From Chloroflexota bacterium (GTDB lineage: Bacteria > Chloroflexota > Anaerolineae > JACRMK01), in assembly GCA_016235055.1 (NCBI GenBank), contig JACRMK010000007.1, positions 85,066-149,065 on the forward strand: DNA of 64,000 bases, written 5' to 3'. Shown here piece after piece: positions 48,134 to 58,324 of this stretch (positions within the stretch are counted from its first letter, which is position 1; each line of letters starts with the position of its first letter). Under the pieces are notes generated by a model. That model was given only the letters and a program-made list of their open reading frames with translations, made no database searches and was not told the origin of the DNA. Made by a program: the position numbers and the translations under genes.

Positions 48134-49336
48134 ATGGCTATTGCCAGCACATCGATCAAGATCGACCGCGCCGAGTTCAGCACGCGCGCGGAGCAGTTGA
48201 AGGGCTATATCCAGCAGGAAAAGCTGTCTGGCGTCGCCCTGTTCGACAACTACCACATTCTCTACTACTCCGGCTTCGCGTTTATTCCCACCGAGCGGCC
48301 GATCGCGTGGATGATGAACGCAAAGGGCGAGCAGGGCATGTTCGTGCCGCGCCTGGAACTGGAGCACGCCAAGGCGAACGTGCAGGGCGGCCGGGTGGAC
48401 AACTACCTCGAATACCCCGACAACCCGCACCCGATGACGCTGTTCAAGCAGATGCTGGCCGAGATGGGCTTCGGCGGCCGCGTCGGCGCGGACAACGACG
48501 GCTACCCGTGGATCCTTGGCTATCGCGGCCCGGCGCTGACCGAAATGCTCGGCTGCACCTACGTCAACGTCAACCCGTTCGTCGAGGACATGATGGCGCT
48601 CAAGAGCCCGGCCGAGCTCGCGCTGATCCGCGAGAGCGTCAAGTGGGGGCACCTGGCGCACGTGCTCTTGCAGCGCTATACGAAGGTCGGCGTGACCGAG
48701 ACCGAAGTGAGCCTGCGGGCTGGCAACGAGGCGACGCTGGCAATGATGGACACGATCGGACCGATCTACCGCGCGCTCGGCTATGGCCGCAGCGGACCCA
48801 GCGCGGGCTACCGCGGCCAGATCGGGCGCAACGCGGCGATCCCGCATGCGCTGGCGAATAACATCGTCTTCCAGGCGGGCGACGTGCTGGTGACCGGCGC
48901 GGGCTGCCCGATGTGGGGCTACCAGTCGGAACTGGAGCGCACGATGATCATCGGCGCGCCGAGCGACGACCAGCGGCTGTTCTTCGACCACATGCTGCAG
49001 GCCCAGCAGACTGCGCTGAATGCGATGAAGCCGGGCGTCAAGTGCAGCGACGTGGACCGCGCGGTGCGCAAATTCTACGAGGACAACGACCTCAAGCCGT
49101 ACTGGAAGCACCACAGCGGCCACGCGATCGGTCTGCGCTACCACGAGGGCCCGTTCCTCGACATCGGCGACGACACGGTGCTGAGAGAGGGCATGGTCTT
49201 CACGGTCGAGCCGGGCCTGTACGCGCCGGAGCTCGGCGGCTACCGTCACTCCGACACGGTCGCCATCACGGCCGGCGGCATTGAGATGATGACCTACTAC
49301 CCGCGCGACCTGGAGAGCCTGACGATCGCGGGGTAG
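48134..49336 (+). CDS. M24 family Xaa-Pro aminopeptidase/creatinase-like peptidase
   Basis: Its C-terminal pita-bread domain has metal ligands (HSGHAIGL...EPG) and a creatinase-like N-terminal domain. Confidence 0.8.
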   Translation: MAIASTSIKIDRAEFSTRAEQLKGYIQQEKLSGVALFDNYHILYYSGFAFIPTERPIAWMMNAKGEQGMFVPRLELEHAKANVQGGRVDNYLEYPDNPHPMTLFKQMLAEMGFGGRVGADNDGYPWILGYRGPALTEMLGCTYVNVNPFVEDMMALKSPAELALIRESVKWGHLAHVLLQRYTKVGVTETEVSLRAGNEATLAMMDTIGPIYRALGYGRSGPSAGYRGQIGRNAAIPHALANNIVFQAGDVLVTGAGCPMWGYQSELERTMIIGAPSDDQRLFFDHMLQAQQTALNAMKPGVKCSDVDRAVRKFYEDNDLKPYWKHHSGHAIGLRYHEGPFLDIGDDTVLREGMVFTVEPGLYAPELGGYRHSDTVAITAGGIEMMTYYPRDLESLTIAG

Positions 49337-49349
49337 GGGAAAGATAAAA

Positions 49350-49435
49350 CCAAACCCACCACGGAGACACAGAGACACTGAGAACCTATGCTAAAGTTCG
49401 AAGTTTCTCTGTGCCTCCGTGTTTCTGTGGTGATA
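49350..49435. repeat. Imperfect-hairpin intergenic repeat, family C, copy b
   Basis: cacggagacacagagacactgagaa...tttctctgtgcctccgtgtttctgtggtg. Confidence 0.55.
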
Positions 49436-49452
49436 TGGAGCGAGATCGCACG

Positions 49453-50070
49453 ATGACCAACACACCCAGCAACCCCCTCGACGTTAGCAAAGTTGACCCC
49501 AACCCGCTGGCGCAACTGAACCGATGGCTTGACGAGGCGTTTGCCTTCGGCATTGAGGAGCCCAACGCCATGAGTGTCGCGACCGCGACACACGACGGGC
49601 GCCCCTCCACGCGCATGGTGCTCATGCGCGGTATGGACGCGCGCGGCATCGTCTTCTACACGAACTACCAGAGCCGCAAAGGCGGCGAACTGGCGCAGAA
49701 CCCGCACGCCGCGCTGCTGTTCTACTGGCCGCCCATGCACCGCCAGGTGCGGATCGACGGCACAGTCACGCGGACCACGGCCGCCGAATCCGACGAGTAC
49801 TTCCAGAGCCGCCCGGCCGGCAGCCGCATCTCGGCGCTGGCCTCGCAGCAGAGCGCGGTGCTGGAAAGCCGCGCGGTGATCGAGGAGCGCGTCCGCGCGC
49901 TGCAGGCGCAGCACGGCGACAACGCGCCGCGGCCGGATCACTGGGGCGGCTACCGCGTGAACCCGGAGATGTTCGAGTTCTGGCAGGCCGGTGAGTACCG
50001 GCTGCACGACCGGGTGCGCTACCTGCGCGAGCCCGGCGGCGCCTGGCGCATCGAGCGGCTGTCGCCATAG
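49453..50070 (+). CDS. pdxH: Pyridoxamine 5'-phosphate oxidase
   Basis: It has the conserved RMVLMRG...FYTNYQSRKG...HWGGYRV pattern. Confidence 0.85.
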   Translation: MTNTPSNPLDVSKVDPNPLAQLNRWLDEAFAFGIEEPNAMSVATATHDGRPSTRMVLMRGMDARGIVFYTNYQSRKGGELAQNPHAALLFYWPPMHRQVRIDGTVTRTTAAESDEYFQSRPAGSRISALASQQSAVLESRAVIEERVRALQAQHGDNAPRPDHWGGYRVNPEMFEFWQAGEYRLHDRVRYLREPGGAWRIERLSP

Positions 50071-50123
50071 CTGATGGCAAGATGACCGGATGATGGGATG
50101 ACAAGGCGACTGGGTAACGCACC

Positions 50124-50393
50124 TTGCGACTCGGCCAAAGGTACCTGACCGCGATGCATACACGCATTGACGGTCACGGCCGTATTACAATACCGGAGCC
50201 AATTCGGCGCCAATTGGGAATCGTGCCGAACACGCTGATCACAGTCGAGGTGGTCGAAGAATCGCGCCGCATCGTATTGACGCCAATCACGCGCGCCCGC
50301 ATCCATAGGCTGAGAGGCAAATACAAAGATCGTGGCCTGCTGAAGGCATGGATGCAAGCGCGAGACGGAGACCGCAAGAAGGAACGCGTCTGA
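50124..50393 (+). CDS. AbrB/MazE/SpoVT-type DNA-binding domain protein (antitoxin-like, orphan)
   Basis: It has the swapped-hairpin motif GRITIPEPIRRQLGI...LITVEVVE. A perfect hairpin terminator follows at 50410-50442. Confidence 0.55.
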   Translation: MRLGQRYLTAMHTRIDGHGRITIPEPIRRQLGIVPNTLITVEVVEESRRIVLTPITRARIHRLRGKYKDRGLLKAWMQARDGDRKKERV

Positions 50394-50409
50394 TACTCAG
50401 GCAAACAAC

Positions 50410-50442
50410 ATGACCGGAAGGCATCAACCGCCTTCCGGTCAT
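50410..50442 (+). terminator. Intrinsic terminator (atgaccggaaggc-atcaacc-gccttccggtcat) followed by a T-rich tract
   Basis: It has a perfect 13-bp stem and a downstream tctttcatctcttc tract. Confidence 0.7.
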
Positions 50443-50694
50443 TCTTTCATCTCTTCATCTTGTCATCCTGTCGTCTTGTCGCTCCGTCACCCTCATACTG
50501 TTTCAATTTGACCATGTCCTAAATGGTCATGTCGAGCGCGCAGGCAAGACCGTACCTTTGGAAGCCCGCCCCGCGCGCGAGACATCTGAAGTGCTGCATT
50601 AAAGATGCCTCGCGCGTGTAGCGTACGCCAGGCCGCAAGATCGACCTTCGCGCTCGGCATGACAAAATAGGACATGAACAGCTTGAATCAGTAT

Positions 50695-50970
50695 CACTCC
50701 TCGCCGCCCTCGACCTCATGCCCGCCGCCGGGGTTCGGCATCGCCCGCTCCCACGCGGCAAGGAAGTCGCGCGTCTTGTCCGACGTGTGCAGGAACGCGA
50801 AGCGCGCCACCGTGCGCCCCACGTCCAACAGGCGCACATGCGCGCCGACCGCGCGCGCCGCGCAGCGCAATTTCGAGCGCCTTGCGCGTATAGCTGCCCT
50901 CGCGCAGGCTGCCGTTCAGGGCCGCGATGCGTACCTGGTGGCGCGCGTGGCTATGCGATGTGGCTGGCAT
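50695..50970 (-). pseudogene. Frameshifted remnant of a small flavin-reductase-like ORF (uncertain)
   Basis: It has the N-terminal pattern VRIAALNGSLREGSYTRKALEIALRGA. The reading frame then shifts, and the hypothetical continuation ...LLDVGRTVARFAFLHTSDKTRDFLAAWERA... lies in another frame. Confidence 0.25.
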
Positions 50971-51140
50971 GATGGTTCCCGCCTGGCGCGCAAGTCAGTC
51001 GTCAGCGTCAGCAGGTAATACGCCCGGCAGTCCGACGGCGCAGTGCTTGAACGTTGCAAAAAACAACGACCCGACAGGTTGGGCCTGTCAGGTCGTCTTT
51101 CCCCACTCCCCGTGTGTTGCTGATTGCTAAACTGATACGC

Positions 51141-51722
51141 TTACGCCGCGACGGGCTGCGCAACCGGCTTGGTGGAATCGGCCGCGGCTGGCTGCACGAC
51201 CGGCTTGGCGAACTCGGCCTCGACGTCGAGCAGGATGTCCTCGCCGACCATCATGCCACCGGCTTCCAGCACCGCGTTCCAGGTCAGGCCCCACTCTGCG
51301 CGGTTGATCTTGCCCTTGGCGCTGAAGCCCGCGCTCTCGGTGCCCCACGGGGTCTTCACGCGGCCCAGGAAGTCCACGTCGAGTTCGAGCGGCTTGGTCA
51401 CGCCCTTGATCGTCAGGTCGCCGATCAACTTGCCATGCGTGTCGCTGATGTGAACGCCCTTCGTGCTCTTGAACACGATCTCCGGGTGCACGTCGGTGTG
51501 GAAGAAGTCCGGCGACTTCAGGTGCGTATCGCGCTGCTCGAATTTCGTGTTGATGCTCGCCGGGTCGATCACGACCGTCAGAGACGACTTCGCGACGTCC
51601 TGCTCGTTGATATCGGCATCGATCGTGAATTTGTCGAACTGGCCGCGCACCGTCGAGATCATCATGTGCTTGACCGAAAACATAATCTGCGTGTGGCTGT
51701 AATCCGGCTTCCAATGGGTCAT
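51141..51722 (-). CDS. YceI family protein
   Basis: It has a YceI-like beta-barrel pattern. AGGAGAA is the RBS. Confidence 0.7.
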   Translation of the reverse strand: MTHWKPDYSHTQIMFSVKHMMISTVRGQFDKFTIDADINEQDVAKSSLTVVIDPASINTKFEQRDTHLKSPDFFHTDVHPEIVFKSTKGVHISDTHGKLIGDLTIKGVTKPLELDVDFLGRVKTPWGTESAGFSAKGKINRAEWGLTWNAVLEAGGMMVGEDILLDVEAEFAKPVVQPAAADSTKPVAQPVAA

Positions 51723-51849
51723 GGCTTTTCTCCTGTTTGCTCGTGGTATCAATTACGTTCGCTTCACTGTGAATAGGATACCGCGACAGCGTGACAGGAG
51801 CGTGAACGGGAGCGTGAACAGGCCGGTTTGTTCACGCACGCGAAAGAAT

Positions 51850-51970
51850 TAACCGCAGAGAGCGCAGAGAAAACTTTGCTTCCCGCTAGTAACTCGGAGC
51901 AACGCCAATCTAAAGTGGCCTGTGTCTTCTTTGCGCTCTTTGCGTGCTTTGCGGTTGGCGGTTTTTCTTC
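51850..51970. repeat. Imperfect-hairpin intergenic repeat, family C, copy c
   Basis: ccgcagagagcgcagagaaaa...ttctttgcgctctttgcgtgctttgcgg. Confidence 0.5.
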
Positions 51971-51976
51971 AGTGGG

Positions 51977-54900
51977 CTACGCCAGCGTCTTTTCGAGCAC
52001 TTCGACCTCGGTCAGCAGGCGCTTGCGGCGGCCGCTCTCGGCGATGGCGCGCGCAGCGGCCACGTGAGCGCGCCCTTCAGCGGGGGGCAACAGCGGCGCA
52101 AGCCAGATGTGGATCTGCGCGCCGAGATGCTGCAAGCCGAGCGCTTCGGCGCGTGCCAGCGCCGTCGACAGCCGGTGAATCGCCAGCCCGGACTGGCCGC
52201 GCGCCTGCGCGACGCGGCCGAGATTGGCCGTCAGTCCGGCGATACGTTCCGGCACTGCCGACTGCTCGGCGAGCGCCAGGCCTTCCGTGAAGCGCGTCTC
52301 GGCCTGGTCCAGATCGCCCGCCGCCAGCGCGATCTCGCCGAGCGTGGAGAGCAGGAACATCATGAGCGTCAACATGCCGCGTTCCTGTGCCATGCGCAAC
52401 CCGTCGAGCGCAAACTCCGCCGCGCGCGGGTCGCTCAGCAGATGCAGGTGATAGGCAAGATTGTTGTGCGCGAAGATGCGCCAGAGCATCGACTCTTCGT
52501 CGGACGGATCGGCGCTCGTAACGGCATCCAGCGACGCGCGATATAGTTCGATGGCGCGCTCCAGGTTGCCCAGTTGCGCCTCGATACTGCCCATCTCGAA
52601 GCGCACGCGCGCCTGCAGGATGCCGCCGGGCGGCGCCATGCTGGCGGCGCGCTGGAGGTGCTCGATCGCGCCCGCCAGGTCGGCGCCTTCGACCGAGAGC
52701 GCGGTGCCCAGCGTGAACTCGGCGTCGGCGCGCTTGTCCGGCGTGTCGCTGTCCAGCACCGCCTGTGCCAGCGCAATCGTCTCGGCGAACTGCCCGAGCG
52801 TCATCAGCGCGCGCGCCAGCGCGATCCGCGCATCGTCGGCGTCGGGACCGCGCGCCAGCGACAGCGCCCGCCGGTAGGCGTCGATCGCCTTGGCAACCGC
52901 GCCCGACTGGTAGCACGCCTCGCCCATCGCAATATAGATGCGCCGGCTGCGCTCGGGGTCGCGCTCACTGCGCGCCGCCTGCTCGTAAAACGCGATCGCT
53001 TCCTTCCAGGCCGGCAGGCGCGCGGCCAGTTGCCCGGCGCGGAAGGCGTGCGGCGCGGCCCGCTCCGGCTCGCCGCCTTCCGCATAGTGCCAGGCCAGCA
53101 GACCGGCGACCGCATCGGGTTGCTGGCGATGCACCTGCTCGATCGCCTCGGCCACGCGGCGGTGCAGCAGGCGGTGACGTGCCTCACCGACCTCGGCGTA
53201 GGCGACCTCCATCGTCAGCGAGTGATCGAACAGGTACGATGCGCGGCCGTCGGCGTCGTGCGCCTCGCCGATCAGGTGCGCCGATCGCAATTCGTCGACG
53301 GCGTCCAGCACCGCCGCCTCAGACAGGCCCGCCGCGCGCGCGACGATGTCGAACTCGAACTCGCGGCCGACCGCCACGCCGACATCGACCACGCGCCGCG
53401 CGTTGTCCGACAGGCGCGCCAGCCGCGACTCGATCAGGCTGTACACACTGCGCGGCACCGGCGGCGCTTGCGACAGCTCGGTCAGGTTCACCACGCCGTC
53501 GGGGCGCAGGATCTGCCGCTCGCGCGCCTCGCGCACGAGTTCGCTCAGGATGTACGGGTTGCCTTCCGACGTGCGCGCCAGCCAGTGGGCCAGCGGCTGT
53601 GCATAGTCGCGGCTGAGGTGCCGTGCCAGCTCGACCGTGTCGTCCGCCGTCAGGCGCCGCAGGTGCAGCGGCTCGGCCTGACCGTCGCGCACGAGCGCCT
53701 GCCGCAGCACGGCCAGCGGCGAGCGCGCCTCGATCGGCCGCGTGGCGATGATCAGGGCAACCGGCATGTGGATGGCGGCCACGCGCCGCGCCAGGTAGCC
53801 GACCAGCGCCAGCGAGGAGGCGTCGGCCCAGTGCGCATCGTCGAGCGTGAAGACGAGCGGGCGCTCCTGCGCCAACGCCAGCAGGAACTGCGAGACGCCC
53901 TCCCACAGGCGCGACTCGTCGTTGATCGTGACCGGCGCGCTGACGACATTCGCCCAGCGGTGCGACGCCGACAGTTCCGGCAGCAGGTGGGCGACCTCGT
54001 CGCACCAGATCGGCGCCAGGCGGATGCGCTCGCGCAGCGCGGGCCAGTCCGGGCGGACGGTCAGATCGCGCAGCGCCTCGATGACCGGCTGGTAAGGCAG
54101 CGCGCCTTCCAGTTCGCGCGCGCGCCCGACCACTGGCAGCCAGCCGGAGGTGGCGATCAACTCGTCAATCAGGCGAGATTTGCCGATGCCGGCCTCGCCT
54201 TCGATGAGCGCGACCTTGTGCGTGACAGTCAGCCGCCGCAGCGCTTCCAACTCCAGCGCGCGGCCGGTGAACGGCAACAGGCCGGAGATCGCAATGCGCG
54301 GCGCGCGCGGTGCGGCGACGGCCGGCGTCGCGGCCGGCTGTGGCAGCTTGTCGGTAATGATCGCGTCGTAGAGTGCGCGCGTCTCGGCCATCGGCGGCAC
54401 GCCCATCTCGTCGTCGAGCAGGCGCCGGAACTGCTCGTAGCGGCGGATCGCGCCGGCGCGGTCGCCCGCATAGTAGTGCAGGCGCAGGGCGGCCCGCTGC
54501 ACGTCTTCCTGCAACGGGTCGAACGCCAGCGCGCGGTCGAGCACGGCCAGCGCACCCGCGTAATCCTGCGCCTGCTCGTGTCGGCGGCTCAGCGCCGTCA
54601 GGCCGCGCACCATCAAGCGGCGGTAGCGTTCACGTTCGGCGGCGACCCAGTCGTCGAACTCCGGCGTGTCGGGCAGGCCGAAATCGGCCAGGAACTCGCC
54701 GCGATACAGAGCGACCGCGTCAGACAGTGCAGCGGTATCCGCGCCGGGCGATTGCAGCGCGGCTTCGAAATCGTGCGTGTCGACCGTGGTACCGGCGGCG
54801 ATGCCAACCTGCTCGTCGTCGATCGCCAGCGCATCGCCGAGCGCCTTGCGCAGGCCGTACAGCGTGGCGCGCAGTGTCTGCTGCGCCGAGGCGCGGTCGG

Positions 54901-55057
54901 CGTCGGGCCAGAAGAAGGCGAGCAGGCGCTCGCGCTTGACCGGCTTTTGCTGCGCGGCGAGGTAGTAGATCAGCGCGCGGCTCTTGCGGCGGCTGATTGC
55001 CAGCGACCGGCCGTCGAGCAGGAGTTCCGGCGCGCCGAGCAGGCGAATGGAGAGCAT
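51977..55057 (-). CDS. SARP (AfsR-like) family regulator: OmpR-type winged helix, BTAD, NB-ARC ATPase and TPR domains
   Basis: The N-terminus is SIRLLGAPELLLDGRSL...RALIYYLA. BTAD is present (YRGEFLADF). Walker A is GEAGIGKS. The C-terminus is a long TPR region. Confidence 0.85.
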   Translation of the reverse strand: MLSIRLLGAPELLLDGRSLAISRRKSRALIYYLAAQQKPVKRERLLAFFWPDADRASAQQTLRATLYGLRKALGDALAIDDEQVGIAAGTTVDTHDFEAALQSPGADTAALSDAVALYRGEFLADFGLPDTPEFDDWVAAERERYRRLMVRGLTALSRRHEQAQDYAGALAVLDRALAFDPLQEDVQRAALRLHYYAGDRAGAIRRYEQFRRLLDDEMGVPPMAETRALYDAIITDKLPQPAATPAVAAPRAPRIAISGLLPFTGRALELEALRRLTVTHKVALIEGEAGIGKSRLIDELIATSGWLPVVGRARELEGALPYQPVIEALRDLTVRPDWPALRERIRLAPIWCDEVAHLLPELSASHRWANVVSAPVTINDESRLWEGVSQFLLALAQERPLVFTLDDAHWADASSLALVGYLARRVAAIHMPVALIIATRPIEARSPLAVLRQALVRDGQAEPLHLRRLTADDTVELARHLSRDYAQPLAHWLARTSEGNPYILSELVREARERQILRPDGVVNLTELSQAPPVPRSVYSLIESRLARLSDNARRVVDVGVAVGREFEFDIVARAAGLSEAAVLDAVDELRSAHLIGEAHDADGRASYLFDHSLTMEVAYAEVGEARHRLLHRRVAEAIEQVHRQQPDAVAGLLAWHYAEGGEPERAAPHAFRAGQLAARLPAWKEAIAFYEQAARSERDPERSRRIYIAMGEACYQSGAVAKAIDAYRRALSLARGPDADDARIALARALMTLGQFAETIALAQAVLDSDTPDKRADAEFTLGTALSVEGADLAGAIEHLQRAASMAPPGGILQARVRFEMGSIEAQLGNLERAIELYRASLDAVTSADPSDEESMLWRIFAHNNLAYHLHLLSDPRAAEFALDGLRMAQERGMLTLMMFLLSTLGEIALAAGDLDQAETRFTEGLALAEQSAVPERIAGLTANLGRVAQARGQSGLAIHRLSTALARAEALGLQHLGAQIHIWLAPLLPPAEGRAHVAAARAIAESGRRKRLLTEVEVLEKTLA

Positions 55058-55187
55058 AGGGGTCAGGGGTCAGGGAGTAGGGATCAGGCGCTGGGAACAC
55101 GAGGGACGCGAAAGTGAGCGAAAAAACGCGAACCAGAGCATTTTCACCAGTAACCTGATACGATCAATGGGCGGCGAGTCGAGGCCA

Positions 55188-55272
55188 GGATTTCTCAGCC
55201 GCTGCGCGGCTTCGAAATGACGAAACCGCGCGCACTGTCATTTCGAAGGCACGCAGTGCCTGAGAAACCTTG
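55188..55272. repeat. Long imperfect palindrome (tttctcag...ttcgaaatgac...gtcatttcgaa...ctgagaaa)
   Basis: Nested inverted repeats surround a central gaaaccgcgcgcact, in an A/T-richer stretch upstream of the SARP gene. Confidence 0.55.
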
Positions 55273-55460
55273 CCGGCCGCGTATGCCGCACCCCGACATG
55301 GATTCTCGCAGTGACAGGTCGCGTATCGATTATTTCTGGAAAACGCTCTATGGTGTCGATTCGCGTTTTTCGCCCCCCTATCGTGCCTTTCGTGTTCCAG
55401 ACGCTTGGATTTTCGTCTTGGCGCGGCCGCCGATCGGCCCCCTTGTAACTAGACTATTTA

Positions 55461-55500
55461 TATCCCGTTATATCCCAAGAGTTATCCCAAGTTATCCCAA
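55461..55500. promoter_or_regulatory. Four direct repeats of TTATCCC(A/G) at roughly 10-11 bp periodicity
   Basis: tatcccgttatatcccaagagttatcccaagttatcccaa. SARP-type regulators bind helically phased direct repeats. Confidence 0.35.
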
Positions 55501-55515
55501 ACTAGCAGCTAGCGA

Positions 55516-56064
55516 CTAGCGCAATTGCCCGGTAATAGAGAACTGCCCCGGAGATAACTTGATCTCCGCGATGGTGATGCGGTCGAGGTACGCCGCGATT
55601 GTGCGGTTGATGGTGCGCGTCAGTTGCGCGTTCAGATCGGCCGGCACCGGCACCGGGCCAAGCTGGATCTGCGAAACGGTGAAGACCGGCTTGCCGCCCG
55701 ACGCCGCTGCCGAGAGCGTGATCAGCGCGGCCACCGGGTTGCCCTTACCCCACTCGATTTGCCCGAACAGGTCGGCCTTGCCGCTGTCGAAGCAGACGAT
55801 GGCGTTACTGATCGGGATGAAATCTTCCGGGTTGCGTTTCTTGAAATCGTCGAGGTACAGTGACAGCAGCGACGAGACTTCGTCGTTGCTGGCCGTCAGC
55901 GTCGCGCTCTTGCCACCCGTGAACGCCTGCGCGGCGCGCTGGACGAACTGATCGGCCGCCTGCTTCGACACAGCGACCTGGCACGGTGCGACGGGCCCGG
56001 CATTGCACGCCGTCAGCGCCAGCAGTGCGAACAGCGCGACCATGATAGTGAATTGACGTACCAT
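55516..56064 (-). CDS. Hypothetical lipoprotein
   Basis: Its lipobox is LTACNAG. GGAGGA is the RBS. No family is recognised. Confidence 0.5.
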   Translation of the reverse strand: MVRQFTIMVALFALLALTACNAGPVAPCQVAVSKQAADQFVQRAAQAFTGGKSATLTASNDEVSSLLSLYLDDFKKRNPEDFIPISNAIVCFDSGKADLFGQIEWGKGNPVAALITLSAAASGGKPVFTVSQIQLGPVPVPADLNAQLTRTINRTIAAYLDRITIAEIKLSPGQFSITGQLR

Positions 56065-56246
56065 TTGTCCTCCTCTGCATGAACAGCGCAGATGCGCTGT
56101 ACGCTTCATTATCATAGACGAATGAAAGGCGCGCAAAGTTTCAACCGGGGCATGGGCCGCTATTGGCTCTGTATGACCGAACAACGACGCCCCTTCCGGT
56201 CTGGAAAGGGCGTTGGATTTGCGCGGATGCAGGCGCTGCGACGGCG

Positions 56247-56900
56247 CTATTCGTGCAATACCGGCCGGTAGACCCCGGCGGTGAAATACGAGCCGCTCGA
56301 CCAGGTATCCACTCCATCGCCGTAGCGCGACAGCAGGCCGGCCAGCGTCTCCGGCGTGTGGTAGACCTTGACGATCGCGTGGCGCGAGCCGTCATTCAGG
56401 ATGCGCTCCTGCTTCAACTCGACGCCCGGCGCTTCGCCGCGAAACGGTTTCGAGTCCACGATCAGCACCGCACCGCCGGGCTGTATCACGCGCGCCACCT
56501 CCGCGAAAAAGCCGTCCAGCAAAGGCGACGGCACGTGGCTCAGCCAGAAGCCGAAGAAGCAGGCGTTGAACCCGCCGCTGCGGAACGGCAGGCGGTAGGC
56601 ATCGCCGCGCGATACGTCGGCGCGCGCGCCCTCCGCAGCCAGCCGCGCGCGCAGCACGCCGATCATAGCTGGCGAATAGTCGAGCGTGGTCACCTGCGCG
56701 CGGCGGGCCAGCCGGCGCGTCCACCAGCCGGTGCCGCTGGCGATCTCCAGCAGGCGGCCGTGTGCGAATGCTTGCACCCAGCCGGTCATGATGCCAACCT
56801 CGACCTGCCAGCGCTCGTTGTGCGGCGGGTCGTCGTACATGCCGACGTGCAGGTACCAGTCGTCGTACTCGCCGGCGCGGTCATCGTAATACGCCTGCAT
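56247..56900 (-). CDS. Class I SAM-dependent methyltransferase
   Basis: Motif I is LLEIASGTGWWT. Confidence 0.7.
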   Translation of the reverse strand: MQAYYDDRAGEYDDWYLHVGMYDDPPHNERWQVEVGIMTGWVQAFAHGRLLEIASGTGWWTRRLARRAQVTTLDYSPAMIGVLRARLAAEGARADVSRGDAYRLPFRSGGFNACFFGFWLSHVPSPLLDGFFAEVARVIQPGGAVLIVDSKPFRGEAPGVELKQERILNDGSRHAIVKVYHTPETLAGLLSRYGDGVDTWSSGSYFTAGVYRPVLHE

Positions 56901-57049
56901 GCCGCTGACGACGGACGGCACTTCGCTCGTTGACAGGGGCACCGAGCGCCACGCGGATGGCACAGCAGTCACGGTTTCAACTCCTTGCCGCAGCAAAAAG
57001 GCGCGCATGAGTCATGCGCGCCTGGTTGAGCGGGTTCACAGCGCGGCGG

Positions 57050-57460
57050 CTAATCGTCGTCGCCGTCGAAGTCTGCGGTTGCTGCGCCCTCGTCGTCCTC
57101 GTTATCCATCAGGCTGATCATGTGCATTTCGACCGGCAGGCGCACCCAGATCTGCAGCAGCGTCCCCTCGTCCAGTTCATCGAAGCGGATGCCGCAGATC
57201 TCGACGCGCTGCTTGAGGCCGTCCATGTCTTTGTACTCGAGCATGACCGGTCGCTGCTCGGACCACGCGTTGCGGCAGCGCGCGATCATCTTGGGGCCGT
57301 TGAAGGTGCGCGTGTCGCAGCGCGCCAGCTCGAACGGCCGCGGGGTATCCGGATACGACATCCAGGACTCACGCCCCTCAAGTTCAAATTGCGGCGGCGG
57401 GCCTTCGATGATGGAGATCAACTCGGGCTCGGTCAGTTCGGGCTTGTTCGGATTGCTCAT
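57050..57460 (-). CDS. Hypothetical protein with an acidic C-terminal tail
   Basis: The ORF uses the codon bias of its neighbours. No family is recognised. Confidence 0.4.
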   Translation of the reverse strand: MSNPNKPELTEPELISIIEGPPPQFELEGRESWMSYPDTPRPFELARCDTRTFNGPKMIARCRNAWSEQRPVMLEYKDMDGLKQRVEICGIRFDELDEGTLLQIWVRLPVEMHMISLMDNEDDEGAATADFDGDDD

Positions 57461-57537
57461 GAAACGGCGCTTCTTTCTCGTCGGAGGGCTGTTCCCATTA
57501 TAACACGGTGTTGGCGCGGGCTGGCAAATGCGCACCC

Positions 57538-58311
57538 CTAGCGGCCCTTCCACTCCGGCTTGCGCTTTTCGACAAAGGCGCGCATGCCTTCCTTCTGGTC
57601 GTCCGTGCCGAACAGCACCGTAAACAGGCGGTTTTCGTAGTCGAGCCCGTGCTCCAGCGCCACATCCTGCGCCTTGAGCACCGCCTCCTTGGCCATACGC
57701 GCAGCCAGCGGCGCCTGGCCCGCCACGCGCGCGGCCAGCTTTTTAGCCTCCGCCAGGTAGCTGTCGAGCGGCGCGACGGCGTTGACGATGCCCCAGGCCA
57801 GCGCCTTCGCCGCCGGGATCGGGTCACCGGTGAGCATGATCTCCATGGCGCGCGCCTTGCCGACGATGCGGGTCCAACGCTGCGTGCCGCCGCCGCCCGG
57901 GATCACGCCGATCTTGATCTCCGGCTGGCCAAACTGCGCCGTCTCGGAGGCGACGATCATGTCGCAAGCCAGCGCGACTTCGCAGCCGCCGCCAAAGCAG
58001 TAGCCGCTGACCGCCGCAATGACCGGCTTGCGCACGCGGCGAATGACCGCGAACATCGAGACGTTGAAGCGGTCCAGCATCTCGGCCGGCGAGCGATCGC
58101 TCATCTCCTTGATGTCGGCCCCGGCGCTGAACGCCCGATCGCTGCCGGTGACGATGATACAGCGCACCTGCGGGTCGGCGTCGAACGCCTGCAGCGCCTC
58201 GGCGCCCTCGCGCTGCAACTGCGCGCTCAGCGCATTCAGCGCCTGCGGCCTGTTGAGATGGATGATGCCGGTGCGGTCCTCGATGCTCGTGATGATCGTT
58301 TCGTAGGGCAT
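57538..58311 (-). CDS. Enoyl-CoA hydratase/isomerase (crotonase) family protein
   Basis: It has the crotonase signature (AFSAGADIKEM...GGGCEVALACD). Confidence 0.9.
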   Translation of the reverse strand: MPYETIITSIEDRTGIIHLNRPQALNALSAQLQREGAEALQAFDADPQVRCIIVTGSDRAFSAGADIKEMSDRSPAEMLDRFNVSMFAVIRRVRKPVIAAVSGYCFGGGCEVALACDMIVASETAQFGQPEIKIGVIPGGGGTQRWTRIVGKARAMEIMLTGDPIPAAKALAWGIVNAVAPLDSYLAEAKKLAARVAGQAPLAARMAKEAVLKAQDVALEHGLDYENRLFTVLFGTDDQKEGMRAFVEKRKPEWKGR

Positions 58312-58324
58312 GACGCGCTCCTTG

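Noticed and set aside
49333-49340. GTAGGGG heptamer at the M24 peptidase stop, resembling the start of the E2-associated structured element
   Set aside because: With this base composition a 7-mer is expected by chance several times in 64 kb on both strands. No matching CCCCTAC closing stem or internal hairpins follow.
52574-55117. 847-aa plus-strand ORF
   Set aside because: It is antisense to the SARP regulator, whose frame carries the winged-helix, BTAD, Walker A and TPR motifs.
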